Positions 30,337 to 41,510 of a DNA stretch of 64,000 nt are shown piece by piece (position 1 is the stretch's first letter; each line of letters begins with the position of its first letter). A program made the position numbers and the translations under genes. Below the pieces are notes generated by a model. That model did no database searches. It had not been told where the DNA came from and saw only the letters and a list, made by a program, of their open reading frames with translations. Origin of the DNA: Eledone cirrhosa. Lineage: Eukaryota. Location: positions 185,132,001 to 185,196,000 of the forward strand of contig OZ024740.1 in the NCBI GenBank assembly GCA_964016885.1, written 5' to 3'.

Positions 30337-30523
30337 AGTGGATTCACAGTATTGGTAGTGGGTCAGATGCCATGTTTGGATGCATAGAGTTACGGCCCCT
30401 TCCATTCTGAGTTCAAATCCCGCCGAGGTTAACTTTCCCTTTCATCCTTATGGGGTCGATAAAATAAAGCACCAGTAATGCACTGGGATAATTGCTGGTC
30501 TTGTGCCAAAAGTAGAAACAATC
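30337..30523 (+). mobile_element. SINE family B (tRNA head, ccttacggggtcgataaaa body, ccttgtg...agaaac tail)
   Basis: ttctgagttcaaatcccgccgagg...cctttcatccttatggggtcgataaaataaagcaccag, flanked by the direct repeat atattatggca. Confidence 0.85.
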
Positions 30524-30976
30524 ATATTATGGCACCAGTATCAGGGAGGTTGCTAGTCATTGACACAGCTGAAGAGGTTCCTCTACCCTATGGGAGAGAG
30601 GAAGGCATGAGGCCTTGTCCCAAGGTAGGCGGCATCTTAGTTAGTGAGAATAGGATAAGGTGTGAAGGATGGCAAGCTAATGCCACAACTGGTATATGAT
30701 ACACACATACAGAAAGCTTGGTTCATGTAACAGGTGTAACCTTAGCATCATATATTATGGACTTAATGTTACCACTCTGTTGCAAAGGCATTTTCCCTTT
30801 ATCCTACAAGAGCATCCTCATTCTTCTTTGGGTCTATTTGTTGCAGTTATTATCTACCTCATGGAGGAGTCACAAGAGTAACTTATCTCCAGAGAATTCC
30901 TATTGAATATTCTATAATTTACTCTACCTGAGTTGGGGAGAGATATTTTTATTTATCAGATCTAACAATTTCTTAC

Positions 30977-31817
30977 CTACATTAGTCTTTACATTTAGGG
31001 AGTAGACACAGTGAACCAGATTATTTTTCTATTTCTACTACTTCATCTATTTTGTATGGAGGTGCTAGGAGGTGTACTTAATCTTATCTTTGAAGTTGCC
31101 TTCTAATAGGGCCATTGTAGTTGAGTGCTGTCACCAAAAATCTCCTTATTGAATATGGTACGCCTAATACTAGGGACTTGTTTCTTAAAATGTATGAGGA
31201 GATGGAGTGTCAGGAATTTATGTTGATATATATTTTTCATCCGGTACCTTACTGTGTATTGCTTAACTTTACATTTTGTGTTCAAATGATACTGTGAAGT
31301 TTTTGAATGATAGACTTAATCTGTCACCTAGTTCACCACCAACACCAACTGGCCTTTGGGTGCTTTCAGTGAAGTTCAATCTGTTGCAAACATTCAGGTT
31401 GGGTTTCTGGTTAAAGATAACATCTTCTCTTCCCCCCCCACCAGTCTCAGCATCTTTGAAAAGGGTCATAGGCACTGCCCTTCTTGAATATTTGAGAAAT
31501 AAATTTAATAAACATATAAAGCTATAGATTGAAAGGAGGACCTAAGTACTTAGTACTCTGCCTATTGACATTAACAATAACACAACTTTTTCATATTACA
31601 AATGCTCTGCTGTCACTTTAACCTTGTAATTGAGTGTTGTTAGTTTTGCCTGTGGATTCTCCAACAAGATTTATTCTGATTGCAACACTAGCGATATTAA
31701 TGATGATAGCATTGTTCATGATAACAGCTCTCTGAAGTGTAAGAAGATATTTTCTGTTGATAAATGTATGCAATGTATTATAATCAGTAGAATAATATGT
31801 AAACCTTACAGTATTGC
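30977..31817 (-). pseudogene. Disabled cadherin-like exon
   Basis: Strong acceptor tttgtttttcttccatag and donor gtaaga. Pieces in different frames: GNTVRFTYY...FINRKYLLTLQR, YKVKVTA, VIVNVNR...PPFN, YTVRYRM, YININS...YILRNKSL...RFLVTA; several stops. Confidence 0.5.
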
Positions 31818-32654
31818 CTATGGAAGAAAAACAAATTTATCTGACTAAATATCTGAAACAACTGAAATCTGATAAAATAACTATGCTAAGAAAACACAAC
31901 AAAATACATTAACATAAATAAAATAAAATTAAATTGAATTAAAAGACAAATAATAAAAATGAAGAAAAAGCTAGTGCTGCAATGTAGTTATCAAGAAGAA
32001 AATGAAAGTAAAATAAAACAAAATTAAATGTATGATAGAAAAATGAATAAACTGTTTTCATTTGAATTATATAAATTTAGAAATAAAATGTTAACATTCT
32101 CATGGAATTGAAAGAGTGAAAATATAAAACAACAACAAGAAAGAAATAGAAATAATTTTCTAAAATTTTCATAAAAGTAAATATATAAAATTATAATCAC
32201 AAACAAAGTATTAAACTCTGATACAATTAAAAAGAAGACAAGTTTGATGCTATGCATTATTTTTTGGAGAAAATTTGTAAAATTGTTTTCTATACAAATA
32301 GCATGACCAATCTCATTTCATGGAATTTAATATTTAATTTGCAAAAGAACGACAGAATTTTATTTAAGACGACTACATTAGGAATACATTTCCATTTTTA
32401 ACTTTTCAAATAATTTTAAGTTTCCCAAAATATGTTTGTGTGTTTATGTATTTAGATAAATTTATCAACAGTATTTGAAATACATCAAATATAGTTGTAG
32501 AAATAATTTGAATATTCAACCAGTGCATATACAATTGCAGAAGAACCCAGCCAGATACACAAATCTATATTCATATATACATGTGTGTATGTATTTTATA
32601 TATTATGAAACCTGGCAATAGGATGCATATATAATCTGCAGTGTATGCCATAAT

Positions 32655-32765
32655 TGTTTCTAATTTAGGCACAAGGCCATCAATTACCCAGTGCATTACT
32701 GTTACTTTATTTTATCGACCCCGTAAGGATGAAAGGCAAAGTAAACCTTGGCGGGATTTGAACTC
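32655..32765 (-). mobile_element. 3' half of SINE family B, fused downstream of a tRNA-Asp copy
   Basis: GAGTTCAAATCCCGCC...CCTTTCATCCTTACGGGGTCGATAAAA...CCTTGTGCCTAAATTAGAAAC. Confidence 0.9.
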
Positions 32766-32780
32766 AAAAAAATTATGAGC

Positions 32781-32850
32781 CTCCCCGGCGGGGAATCGAA
32801 CTCCGGTCTCCCGCGTGACAGGCGGGGAAACTTCCCACTATACTACCGAG
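32781..32850 (-). tRNA. tRNA-Asp(GTC) retrocopy/pseudogene
   Basis: CTCGGTAGTATAGTGGGAAGTTTCCCCGCCTGTCACGCGGGAGACCGGAGTTCGATTCCCCGCCGGGGAG. Anticodon arm CCCGC-CTGTCAC-GCGGG. It lacks the first 2 nt, has a T-stem mismatch and lies inside a TSD-flanked insertion. Confidence 0.9.
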
Positions 32851-33626
32851 TGTATGCCATAATGAGTCTTAGGGTATTTTTCACCAAAATTGCTCAACAA
32901 ATATTCATAAAATTATGAAATATTTTGAGCTGTAACATAAGCCTGTAGAGTGAAAGAATAATCAGAAAATAGCATAATTCAAGAATAAGAAAGAGTGTGT
33001 GTGGGTATGATACATGTAAACATCAGTAACTGGTTAAAGATTAATTTAAACATAAGCTCAAATCTTACTCCAGGCATTCTGTTCTGCTCTTCAGAAAACT
33101 CATAACTTTGATTGCTTTAAATTTACTCAACTATATTCAGGACCATATATATATATGTTTGTGTGTGTTATATGAAGGGCCCACCCAGCCTGAACTGACA
33201 CAGTCCCATGAAGGTCGAAATTTGGTCATGACTAAATTTGCAGGCAACAAAGATGGAATTGTTAGTGTTGTGATATTTAGTTGTTGCTCTTTACATTTTG
33301 AGTTCAAGTCCTACCATGGTCAACATTCTTTATCATTATCTTAGACTCTATAAAACAAATTACCAGTTAAGTACTGAAGTCAGCTTAGTCAACTGTACTC
33401 TCCCTAAATATCTGTGGTCTTGTGCCAATATATTGGTGACATTAAACAGGACATTTTGTGTCCCTGTTTATGGTGACTTTTATTGCTTTTTCAAAGACAT
33501 CTACAGACTAAATGAATTAAAATAGCTTCAAATGGTGAGAAAGCTGAGATCACATCACAGACAAGATGAAAAATTTCATCATCTTTTGTTTTTGTCAATG
33601 TTCATTACAAAAGTAAAAATTTTGCC

Positions 33627-33965
33627 TTCACATCCATCAACTGGGGTTTTTTTCCGGGGTGAGGGAAAGGTTGTCTGTCGGACATGTGCGACAGACCCCA
33701 CCCCGGAAAAAAACCCCAGTTGATGGATGTGAATCCGAAATATATAGGGACTATTAAATCTCTCCCAAGGTAACTCTCTCTTGTGTTGTTATTTTTATTT
33801 TATCCTTTATACTCTTCCCTTCATTCTTTTACACATCTTACACATCTTATACACACCATGCATCTCAACGTACACCCACTTACATCTCTCTCTCCACCAC
33901 CGGATCTTGTTACCCAGAGATTTACCCATTTGCATTGTCGAGGCTTCCAAACGACTTAAAGATAT
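33627..33965 (+). mobile_element. Penelope-like pLTR remnant with a 5' inverted duplication and a degenerate minimal hammerhead
   Basis: Perfect 35-bp inverted repeat at 33627-33661/33699-33733; ccc-CAGTTGA-T-GGAT-GTGA-ATCC-GAAA-TATAT-A-ggg at 33714-33749. Confidence 0.55.
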
Positions 33966-34156
33966 TTACGTATATACATATGTTTATATATATCTATATC
34001 TATATATATCTATATCTCTCTCTCTATATATATATATATATTTATATATATACAACAATGAATTTGTTTCGTAAACTTTTTGATATGAATCGTATTGAAA
34101 CAAATGTTGTTATATTTGGGGAGGGTCATATTGTTATAGATTTGCAAGAAATAATA

Positions 34157-34345
34157 ATTGTTTCTACTTTTCGCACAAGGCCAGCAATTATCCCAGTGTA
34201 TTACTGGTACTTTATTTTATCAATTCCATAGGATGAAAGGCAAAGTTAACCTCGCAGGGATTTGAACACAGAACATAAAGGGGCGTAACTCTATGCTGCG
34301 CAGCAAGGTTTCTGACGCTATACCGATTCTGCCAGTCCACCGCCA
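34157..34345 (-). mobile_element. SINE family B, full length, with TSD
   Basis: GGCGGTGGACTGGCAG head through ccttgtgcgaaaagtagaaac tail; TSD ttgc(a/c)agaaataata at 34142 and 34346. Confidence 0.85.
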
Positions 34346-35020
34346 TTGCCAGAAATAATAGTAAAACGACACAATAATAATAAAACGATACAATTGCCAG
34401 AAATAATAATAAAACGATACAACATAATCATACTACTGATGATATCACAGATGTGTGATTAAAGATCTCTGATAGGCTATATATATAATATCTATTTTTT
34501 TAACCGCTGGTCAATCAATGATATATATTGATTGCCAGCTAGATTAACTATAAGGGATATAAAATATACAGAAGTGAAAACCAATCCAAACCAAACTGTG
34601 AGTGTATTTTATTATTATTTCTGGCAACATTATAATAAAATGTTTCCCAAATATAACAATATACATATGTATATATCGTTCTTTATATGTATATATATTA
34701 ATTTCATAAACACCGAATATTCAAATTATTATCAAACTGACAAATATTTATGCTGGACTAATATTATAATATAGCCGGTAGAGGTGCCGACGTAGAATCA
34801 GCATCATTAGAGTTTATTAAAGGCTTCATTAATATTTGACATATAGTAACAGTTCATTACATTAAAACACTCATTTATGATTCATTCCAGTTAATATTAT
34901 CATAACTGTAATAGTAATACTACTATTATATATATGTAGATGCATATGAATGTACACATATTTATGTATGTATGTATGTATGTATGTATGTATGTATGTA
35001 TGTGTGTGTATGTATGTATG

Positions 35021-35052
<32 letters not shown>

Positions 35053-35077
35053 TGTATGTATGTATATATATATATAT

Positions 35078-35440
35078 CATCATCATCATCACCGTTTTAC
35101 GTCCGTTCTTCCACGCTAGCATGGGTTAGACGGGTTGTCCTGTTGTGAGCAGTGTCTGGTCGGCTGACCATGCCTTGCTCATACAGGAACTGATTTGGCT
35201 TGATTTCTACAGCTGGATGCCCTTCCTAACACCAACCTCGTTTACAGTGAGTGCTGGGTGCTTTTTCGTGGCGCCTACACGTCCACTTTACAGTGTGGGC
35301 TGGGTGCTTTTTTGCCGTGGTACCTCCACGACCAACTTGCAGTGGGAGGGTGTGGGGGCATGTTGTCTATATGCTTCAGCTTGTACCCGTGGGATGTCGG
35401 GTACTCTGTATTACTGCGGACGCCAGAGGTCATGGTCGTG
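35078..35440 (-). mobile_element. RTE LINE 3' end, second subfamily
   Basis: Near-identical to 43098-43475; (GAT)n tail; embedded in (TATG)n. Confidence 0.85.
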
Positions 35441-35444
35441 TGTG

Positions 35445-35475
<31 letters not shown>

Positions 35476-35645
35476 ATATATATGTGTATGTATGTATGTT
35501 TATATATGTGTATGTATATATGTATGTATATATATGTGTATGTATGTATGTATGTATGTATGTATGTATATATATGTGTATGTATGTATGTATGTATGTA
35601 TGTATGTGTATATATATGTATGTATGTATGTGTATATATATATAT

Positions 35646-36000
35646 ATATATGTATGGAGGCACATGGCTTAGTGGTTAGAGCATTGGCCTTGCAATCGAA
35701 AGGTTGTGAGTTCAATTCTCAGACCGAGTGATGTGTTGTTTCCTTGAGCAAGACACTTTATTTCACATTGCTCCAGTTTACTCAGCTGTAGAAATGAGAT
35801 GATAGGGACTGGGGAGGTCCCTATCATTCCACTGCAAAGTGGACGTGGAGGTGCCATGGCAAAAAAGCACCCAGCACTCACTGTAAATGAGGTTGGTGTT
35901 AGGAAGGGCATCCAGCTGTAGAAATCAAGCCAGAATCAGTTCCCGTCCCACCCTTGCAAGCAGGGAAAAGCGGACATAAAATGATGATGATTGATGATGA
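35646..36000 (+). mobile_element. SINE family A: tRNA head, CORE-like body and RTE 3' tail
   Basis: A box tggcttagtgg, B box gagttcaattc, body ccttgagcaagacacttt. The tail tggtgttaggaagggcatccagctgtagaaa...ggac(g/a)taaaa(gat)n is shared with the RTE 3' UTR. Confidence 0.9.
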
Positions 36001-36044
36001 TGTATGTATGTATATATGTATGTGTATATATATATATATGTATG

Positions 36045-36089
<45 letters not shown>

Positions 36090-36224
36090 GTATGTGTATA
36101 TATATATATATATGTGTATGTATGTATGTATGTGTATATATATATATATATGTGTATGTATGTATGTATGTGTATATATATATATATATGTGTATGTATG
36201 TATGTATGTGTATATATATATATA

Positions 36225-36820
36225 GTTGGTGCTACTGGTAACATGTATCCCAGTACAACCTGTCCCATTGTCGGGTCGTTGGCGACTAAACTGGCAACCC
36301 CACCAAGGTTTCTTGGTGAGGAGGTTGACTTTGGACATCCTGCAGGACTAAAAACAAAACCTGTCAAAGGGCAAAGGAGCTCTTAAGAGTCAATGGCCAT
36401 CCAAAATCACCGGGAGAGATGACCCCTTAGCCTTTGTCAAGGCAGAATTCTAGGAGAAGGAAAACTCTGATATAACACCTGCAACCCTGATGGTATCCAA
36501 TGATGTTGACTTGTTCTTCTTTTTGGTAAATATCATCTTGGTTAAGAGAGTGGGACTGGCTTTGTGCAGTGCCTTTGCTCACTATAAAAGCTTCACGGCA
36601 CAGGCATTGCTTTATATCTGGAGATCTCTCTGCACTTGTCCTCACATGGTACCATGGGCCCAGCACTATGTGTCAACAATTGTCACAAGTGTAGTGTTTG
36701 TACCAGAGTCTTCAAGTCGCTGGCTGGACTAAAAAGTCACACTTGTTCAGCACATCGGTAGGGGTTCTCCTACATGGATATAAAGTAGTGGCCGTACTCG
36801 AAAACGAGTTGGCAGCCACC
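36225..36820 (+). mobile_element. RTE 5'UTR-like non-coding repeat
   Basis: Contains ctaggagaaggaaaactctga, a motif I recall from RTE 5' UTRs. Second copy at 20080-20560; flanked by TA microsatellites. Confidence 0.6.
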
Positions 36821-36980
36821 ATATATATATATATGTGTATGTATGTATGTATGTGTATATATATATATATATGTGTATGTATGTATGTATGTGTATATAT
36901 ATATATATATTTGTGTATGTATGTATGTGTATATATATATATATGTGTGTATGTATATATATATATATATGTATGTATAT

Positions 36981-37028
<48 letters not shown>

Positions 37029-37069
37029 GTATATATATGTATGTATGTATATATATGTATGTATGTATA

Positions 37070-39850
37070 TCATCATCATCATCATCAACGTTTAACGTCC
37101 GTATTCCACGCTTGCATGGGTTTGGACGGGGGTTTTCCTACTTGAGGCAAGAGTGATTGCCTTGCTCGCATAGGACTGTCTGGCGGGTTTTCTACAGCTG
37201 GATGCCCTTCCTAACACCAACCACATTCACAGTGTGGGGCTGGGAGGTTTTTACCGTGTTGCCTACACAGCCACATTACAGCGTGGATTGTGTGTTTTTT
37301 TGTCGTGACACCTACACGATCTCATTTGTTTCGGCGTGGATGTTGTGGCACCAACATAACTTTACATTGAAAGGGGCGGTGTGGATGGAGGTGGGGGTGG
37401 TGGGACGGGGTATATTTTGTTATAGATGCCTACTGACTGTAGAAGGTTTTACTTCATATTTAGGTCAGGCGGGTCTTCTCTATTACTGAGTACGGCCAAA
37501 GGTCTTGGTCCAGTGACATTGTCTTGGAGAGGTGTAAGTGTGTGAGGTCAGAATTTATCAGCTCGTCCCAGGTTTTTCTGTGTCTGCCTATTTCGTGGCT
37601 ACCGTCTATCTTTATTGCCCTGCACTTTGTTATACAGCTATCGTCTTACATGCGCATCACGTGACCATACCAACGTAGCCTTCTCTCGAGTAAACAACAT
37701 CTGATCCCTCTTGTTTCTAATTTTTTCCTTAGTTCGTTTATGCTTTGCCGTTCACGTATATTACTATTACACATCCAGCAGAGCATGCAAGCTTCGTTCC
37801 TCTCTAGTCTGCGTATATCCTCTGCACACAATGCCCAGGGCTCACTGCCATGCAACATTGCTGTTTGTATGCAGGCATCATACAACCTGCCTTTCATTTT
37901 TAGGGAGAACCCTTTAGCAGCTAATAGTGGTATAAGCTCTCTGAACTTTTTCCATCCAGTTCTGACTCTAGCTACTGTACTTTCAGAGCACCCTCCCCCA
38001 CTGCTGATTTTATCGCCCAGGTAACGGAAGCTGTCCACTATTTCTATAGAACCCTCTGCGCAATTGAAAGAGCTAGTATTTTGTGGGCACTTGCTGCTAC
38101 TTATTGCACCAGAACACCGGCCACATGTAAAGTCTATGTTCTTAGTTAGCTTACCTGTGATCCCACTACATCTTTTATGCACCCAAACTTTGCATTTGGG
38201 ACACAAAATGGAATTTCTACCTACGCCTTTCCTACACACCGAGCACGACCATTTCCCAGAAGGGACCGCTGCCTTGTTTTCTTTCCTACAAACTAGAACT
38301 TTGGTCTTAGCCAGGTTAATTTTAAGTCCTTTTGATTCTAGGCCGTGCTTCCATGTTTGGAATTTCTTCTCTAGCTCGGCCATTGATTCCGCTATGAGTG
38401 TCAGGTCGTCTCCGTATAGGAGTTCCCATGGGCAGCCTGTCTTGAACTCCTCTGTTATAGCCTGAAGGGCAATAATAAATAGTAGGGGGCTGAGAACAGA
38501 GCCCTGATGGACGCCAACTTTTACGCAAAACTCTTCACTATATTCATTGTTAATTCTAACCTTGCTGACTGTTTCTTTATACATGGCTTGTATAGCCCTC
38601 ACAAGCCATTCGTCAACGCCTAGTTTTCTAAGAGCCCACCAGATAATGGAGCGGGGGACTCTGTCGAAGGCTTTCTCCAAGTCGACGAAAGCTAAGTATA
38701 GGGGTTTACATTTAGCTAGGTACTGCTCCTGTAGTTGTCGTACAATGAAAAGAGCGTCTGTGGTACTTTTTCCTGACACAAACCCGAACTGCATTTCATC
38801 TAGATCAATTCGCTCTCTGATTAGTTGCGCTATTACTTTTTCCGTGACATTCATGACCTGGTCGATTAATTTAATGCCTCTATAGTTACTCCTATCTAGG
38901 GCATCTCCTTTACCCTTATAACAGTTAACGATAATGCTGCTGCGCCAGTCCTTCGGAACAACCCCATTCTGTATGACTTGGTTGACTATCCGGGTGACCA
39001 TGGTGTGTCCCACCGTACCAGATGCCTTCAGCATCTCGGCAACTATTTCCGAAGGCCCAGCCGCCTTGCCTGTCTTCATATCTTTGATTGCCTTACTTAT
39101 TATACTACCCTCGACTAACACTGCTGGTCCCTCTATTGGGTCGATGTGGGGGAGACTGTCTTTCTCCCATTTATTCTCCTCATTTAGTAGCCTTTCATAG
39201 TGACCGTTCCAAGCTACCTTCTTATCGGCGTCGGTGATGGCAAGTATGCCGTCATCGTTAAGTACACACTTCTCCCCGACAATATCACTGTTTTCCTTGA
39301 CACATTGCCTAGCAATCCTGAACACCTCACGTTTTTGGTCATCGCGTTGTAGAACATGCTTGAACTTTCTTTCCTCTGCTTCCCTTCTTGCTAAGTACAC
39401 TTGTCTCCTAGCTTCCCTCCTGGCCACTTGATAGTCTTCTCTGCTTCCCCCATCCCGCCATACTTTCCAAGCCTGCTTTTTGGCCTTAATTGACCCCTCC
39501 ACCTTACTGTTCCACCACCATGTTACTCTCCTCCTGCCTACAGGCCTGCTCCAGCCACAGACTTCGTCTGCCGCCGTCAGCAGGTTTGCTTTCAGGAATT
39601 CCCACTGTTCCTCTACCTTGTACGTCTCTAATTGCTCTTCCTCACTGTCGAAAGCATCAAGTAATATGCTTTGGAATTTATTTTTGGCTGTGGGGTCCTT
39701 TAGCTTCCATATTTTTCTCCTGAGGATAGTCCTCTTCTGTTGTCTAGTACGTCTCGTCCTGACTATTAGGTCGCTAATTATCAGTCTATGTTGGGAAGTG
39801 CATTCTTCATGGGGAGGGATTTAGGGTTTACGACAGTCACTTTGTCACGT
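37070..39850 (-). mobile_element. 5'-truncated RTE-clade LINE (end of endonuclease, RT, PHD finger, 3' UTR)
   Basis: RT motifs KGKGDALDRSNYRGIKL, QFGF, AFVDLEKAFDRV, GVHQGSVLSPLLF, YGDD, FRYLG; (GAT)n tail; both ends lie in (TA/TATG)n. Confidence 0.95.
37646..39502 (-). CDS. RTE reverse transcriptase ORF remnant with an embedded PHD finger (frame open from about 39820)
   Basis: 618-aa ORF containing CSVC...CPKCKVWVHKRC...CGRC. The terminal TAA is premature: the sister copy at 18471 reads atg-aaa-gac. Confidence 0.9.
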   Translation of the reverse strand: MEGSIKAKKQAWKVWRDGGSREDYQVARREARRQVYLARREAEERKFKHVLQRDDQKREVFRIARQCVKENSDIVGEKCVLNDDGILAITDADKKVAWNGHYERLLNEENKWEKDSLPHIDPIEGPAVLVEGSIISKAIKDMKTGKAAGPSEIVAEMLKASGTVGHTMVTRIVNQVIQNGVVPKDWRSSIIVNCYKGKGDALDRSNYRGIKLIDQVMNVTEKVIAQLIRERIDLDEMQFGFVSGKSTTDALFIVRQLQEQYLAKCKPLYLAFVDLEKAFDRVPRSIIWWALRKLGVDEWLVRAIQAMYKETVSKVRINNEYSEEFCVKVGVHQGSVLSPLLFIIALQAITEEFKTGCPWELLYGDDLTLIAESMAELEKKFQTWKHGLESKGLKINLAKTKVLVCRKENKAAVPSGKWSCSVCRKGVGRNSILCPKCKVWVHKRCSGITGKLTKNIDFTCGRCSGAISSSKCPQNTSSFNCAEGSIEIVDSFRYLGDKISSGGGCSESTVARVRTGWKKFRELIPLLAAKGFSLKMKGRLYDACIQTAMLHGSEPWALCAEDIRRLERNEACMLCWMCNSNIRERQSINELRKKLETRGIRCCLLERRLRWYGHVMRM

Positions 39851-39881
39851 ATGTATGTATATATATATGTATGTATGTATG

Positions 39882-39914
<33 letters not shown>

Positions 39915-39915
39915 G

Positions 39916-39948
<33 letters not shown>

Positions 39949-39949
39949 G

Positions 39950-39986
<37 letters not shown>

Positions 39987-40049
39987 GTATGTATATATAT
40001 ATGTATGTATGTATGTATATATATATGTATGTATATATATATGTATGTA

Positions 40050-40082
<33 letters not shown>

Positions 40083-40350
40083 ATATATATGTATGTATGT
40101 ATGTATGTATATATGTATGTATGTATGTATATATATATATGTATGTATGTATGTATATATATATGTATGTATGTATGTATGTATATATATATGTATGTAT
40201 GTATATATATATATATGTATATATGTATATATATATATATGTATGTATATATGTATATATATATATATGTATGTATATATATATATGTGTGTATGTATGT
40301 ATATATATATATGTGTATGTATGTATATATATATCTATGTGTGTGTGTGT
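39851..40350. repeat. (TA)n/(TATG)n microsatellite
   Basis: Directly visible. Confidence 0.95.
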
Positions 40351-40351
40351 A

Positions 40352-40500
40352 TAGAACAAAGAGGATGTGGTAAAATACCAGGTGGAGCATAACACACCAG
40401 AGTACTCAATACTTAGGGTAGTAGAGTGGTAAATATGAAAAGAGTCAGGTCCCCGATGGCTGGTCTCTGGCAGTTTGTACAGCTAGATCCGAATTCTGGA
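40352..40500 (-). repeat. Diverged copy of the hammerhead-containing pLTR-like repeat
   Basis: Shares accagagtactcaatacttagggtagtag with 42788-42817. Confidence 0.65.
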
Positions 40501-40816
40501 TGTGTGTGAGAGTGCGTGCGTATATATATATATTATACATACATATTTTATATACATATACACATTGAAAGAGAAACAGTCCTCATAAAGTTTAAAAAAT
40601 TCCGAATAAACCTTTTACACCTGGATATGTCTTCATAAACAATAACTCTCTACTTGAGTGGGCCATGGTGTCCAAATCCTGATTTAAAATCTTTTTCAGG
40701 TCGTGCTATTAAGTTAGACATGGCCTGCGCCAATACTGGCCAAAACCTATCAAAGTTATATAAATATTATATATATATTTATATATACATACATATTGTA
40801 TACACATTTTAATTAC

Positions 40817-40899
40817 CTGTACAGGCAATATTTATTAGAATGCTGTTGAAGTATGCACAGAATTTTTGGGGAAACAAACTTAAGAAGGAGGAAGACTCT
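40817..40899 (-). pseudogene. Candidate cadherin-like exon
   Basis: ttatttcag|...|gtaatt. It ends ILINIACT-G in phase 1, compatible with the phase-1 start (G)NTVRF at 31817. Confidence 0.45.
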
Positions 40900-41510
40900 C
40901 TGAAATAATTATCAGTTATTGCTTCTTTTCTCTGAGCTACCGCTGTAACAAATGGATGACGTTATCTAACACATGGATTTTTATGAGGCTCTTTACTTTT
41001 AAACTAACCAAATATTAATAATATTGTGATATTATTATAGCAATATTATTATTCACATTTTGTTTATATATAAATATAAATATATATATATATATGCATA
41101 CATAAATATATATATGTATATATATATACACACATACAAAAGTTCTGCTCCATCGATCCCCTTCATGTTTCTAACTTCTCCACCTCTCTTCTCTCCTATC
41201 TCTCTATAAGCCTCTCATTTCTTATCTCATGCTTTAGACTCTTTTTTCCCCTATCTTTCCTGCTCTCCGTTCAATATGTGGTTATATCTTAACCTAACTT
41301 TTTACTATATATGTAGCATTCAGCTGTTTACAGCTACCCTTCATGCAGAGAATACTACACTTTTATGAAAATCCTATCCATTCACCGCTTCGAATCTTTT
41401 CAATTAATGTTATATATATATAAATGTTGAGGGTTGGTGAAATAACTTACTGCCACTACAGGAATTGATGATTCAAGTACCTTAGCGGTATGTCGCATAT
41501 CCAATCTCTC

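Noticed and set aside
32781-32850. Functional tRNA-Asp gene
   Set aside because: The first two acceptor-stem bases are missing, there are T- and D-arm substitutions, and it lies within a TSD-flanked retro-insertion.
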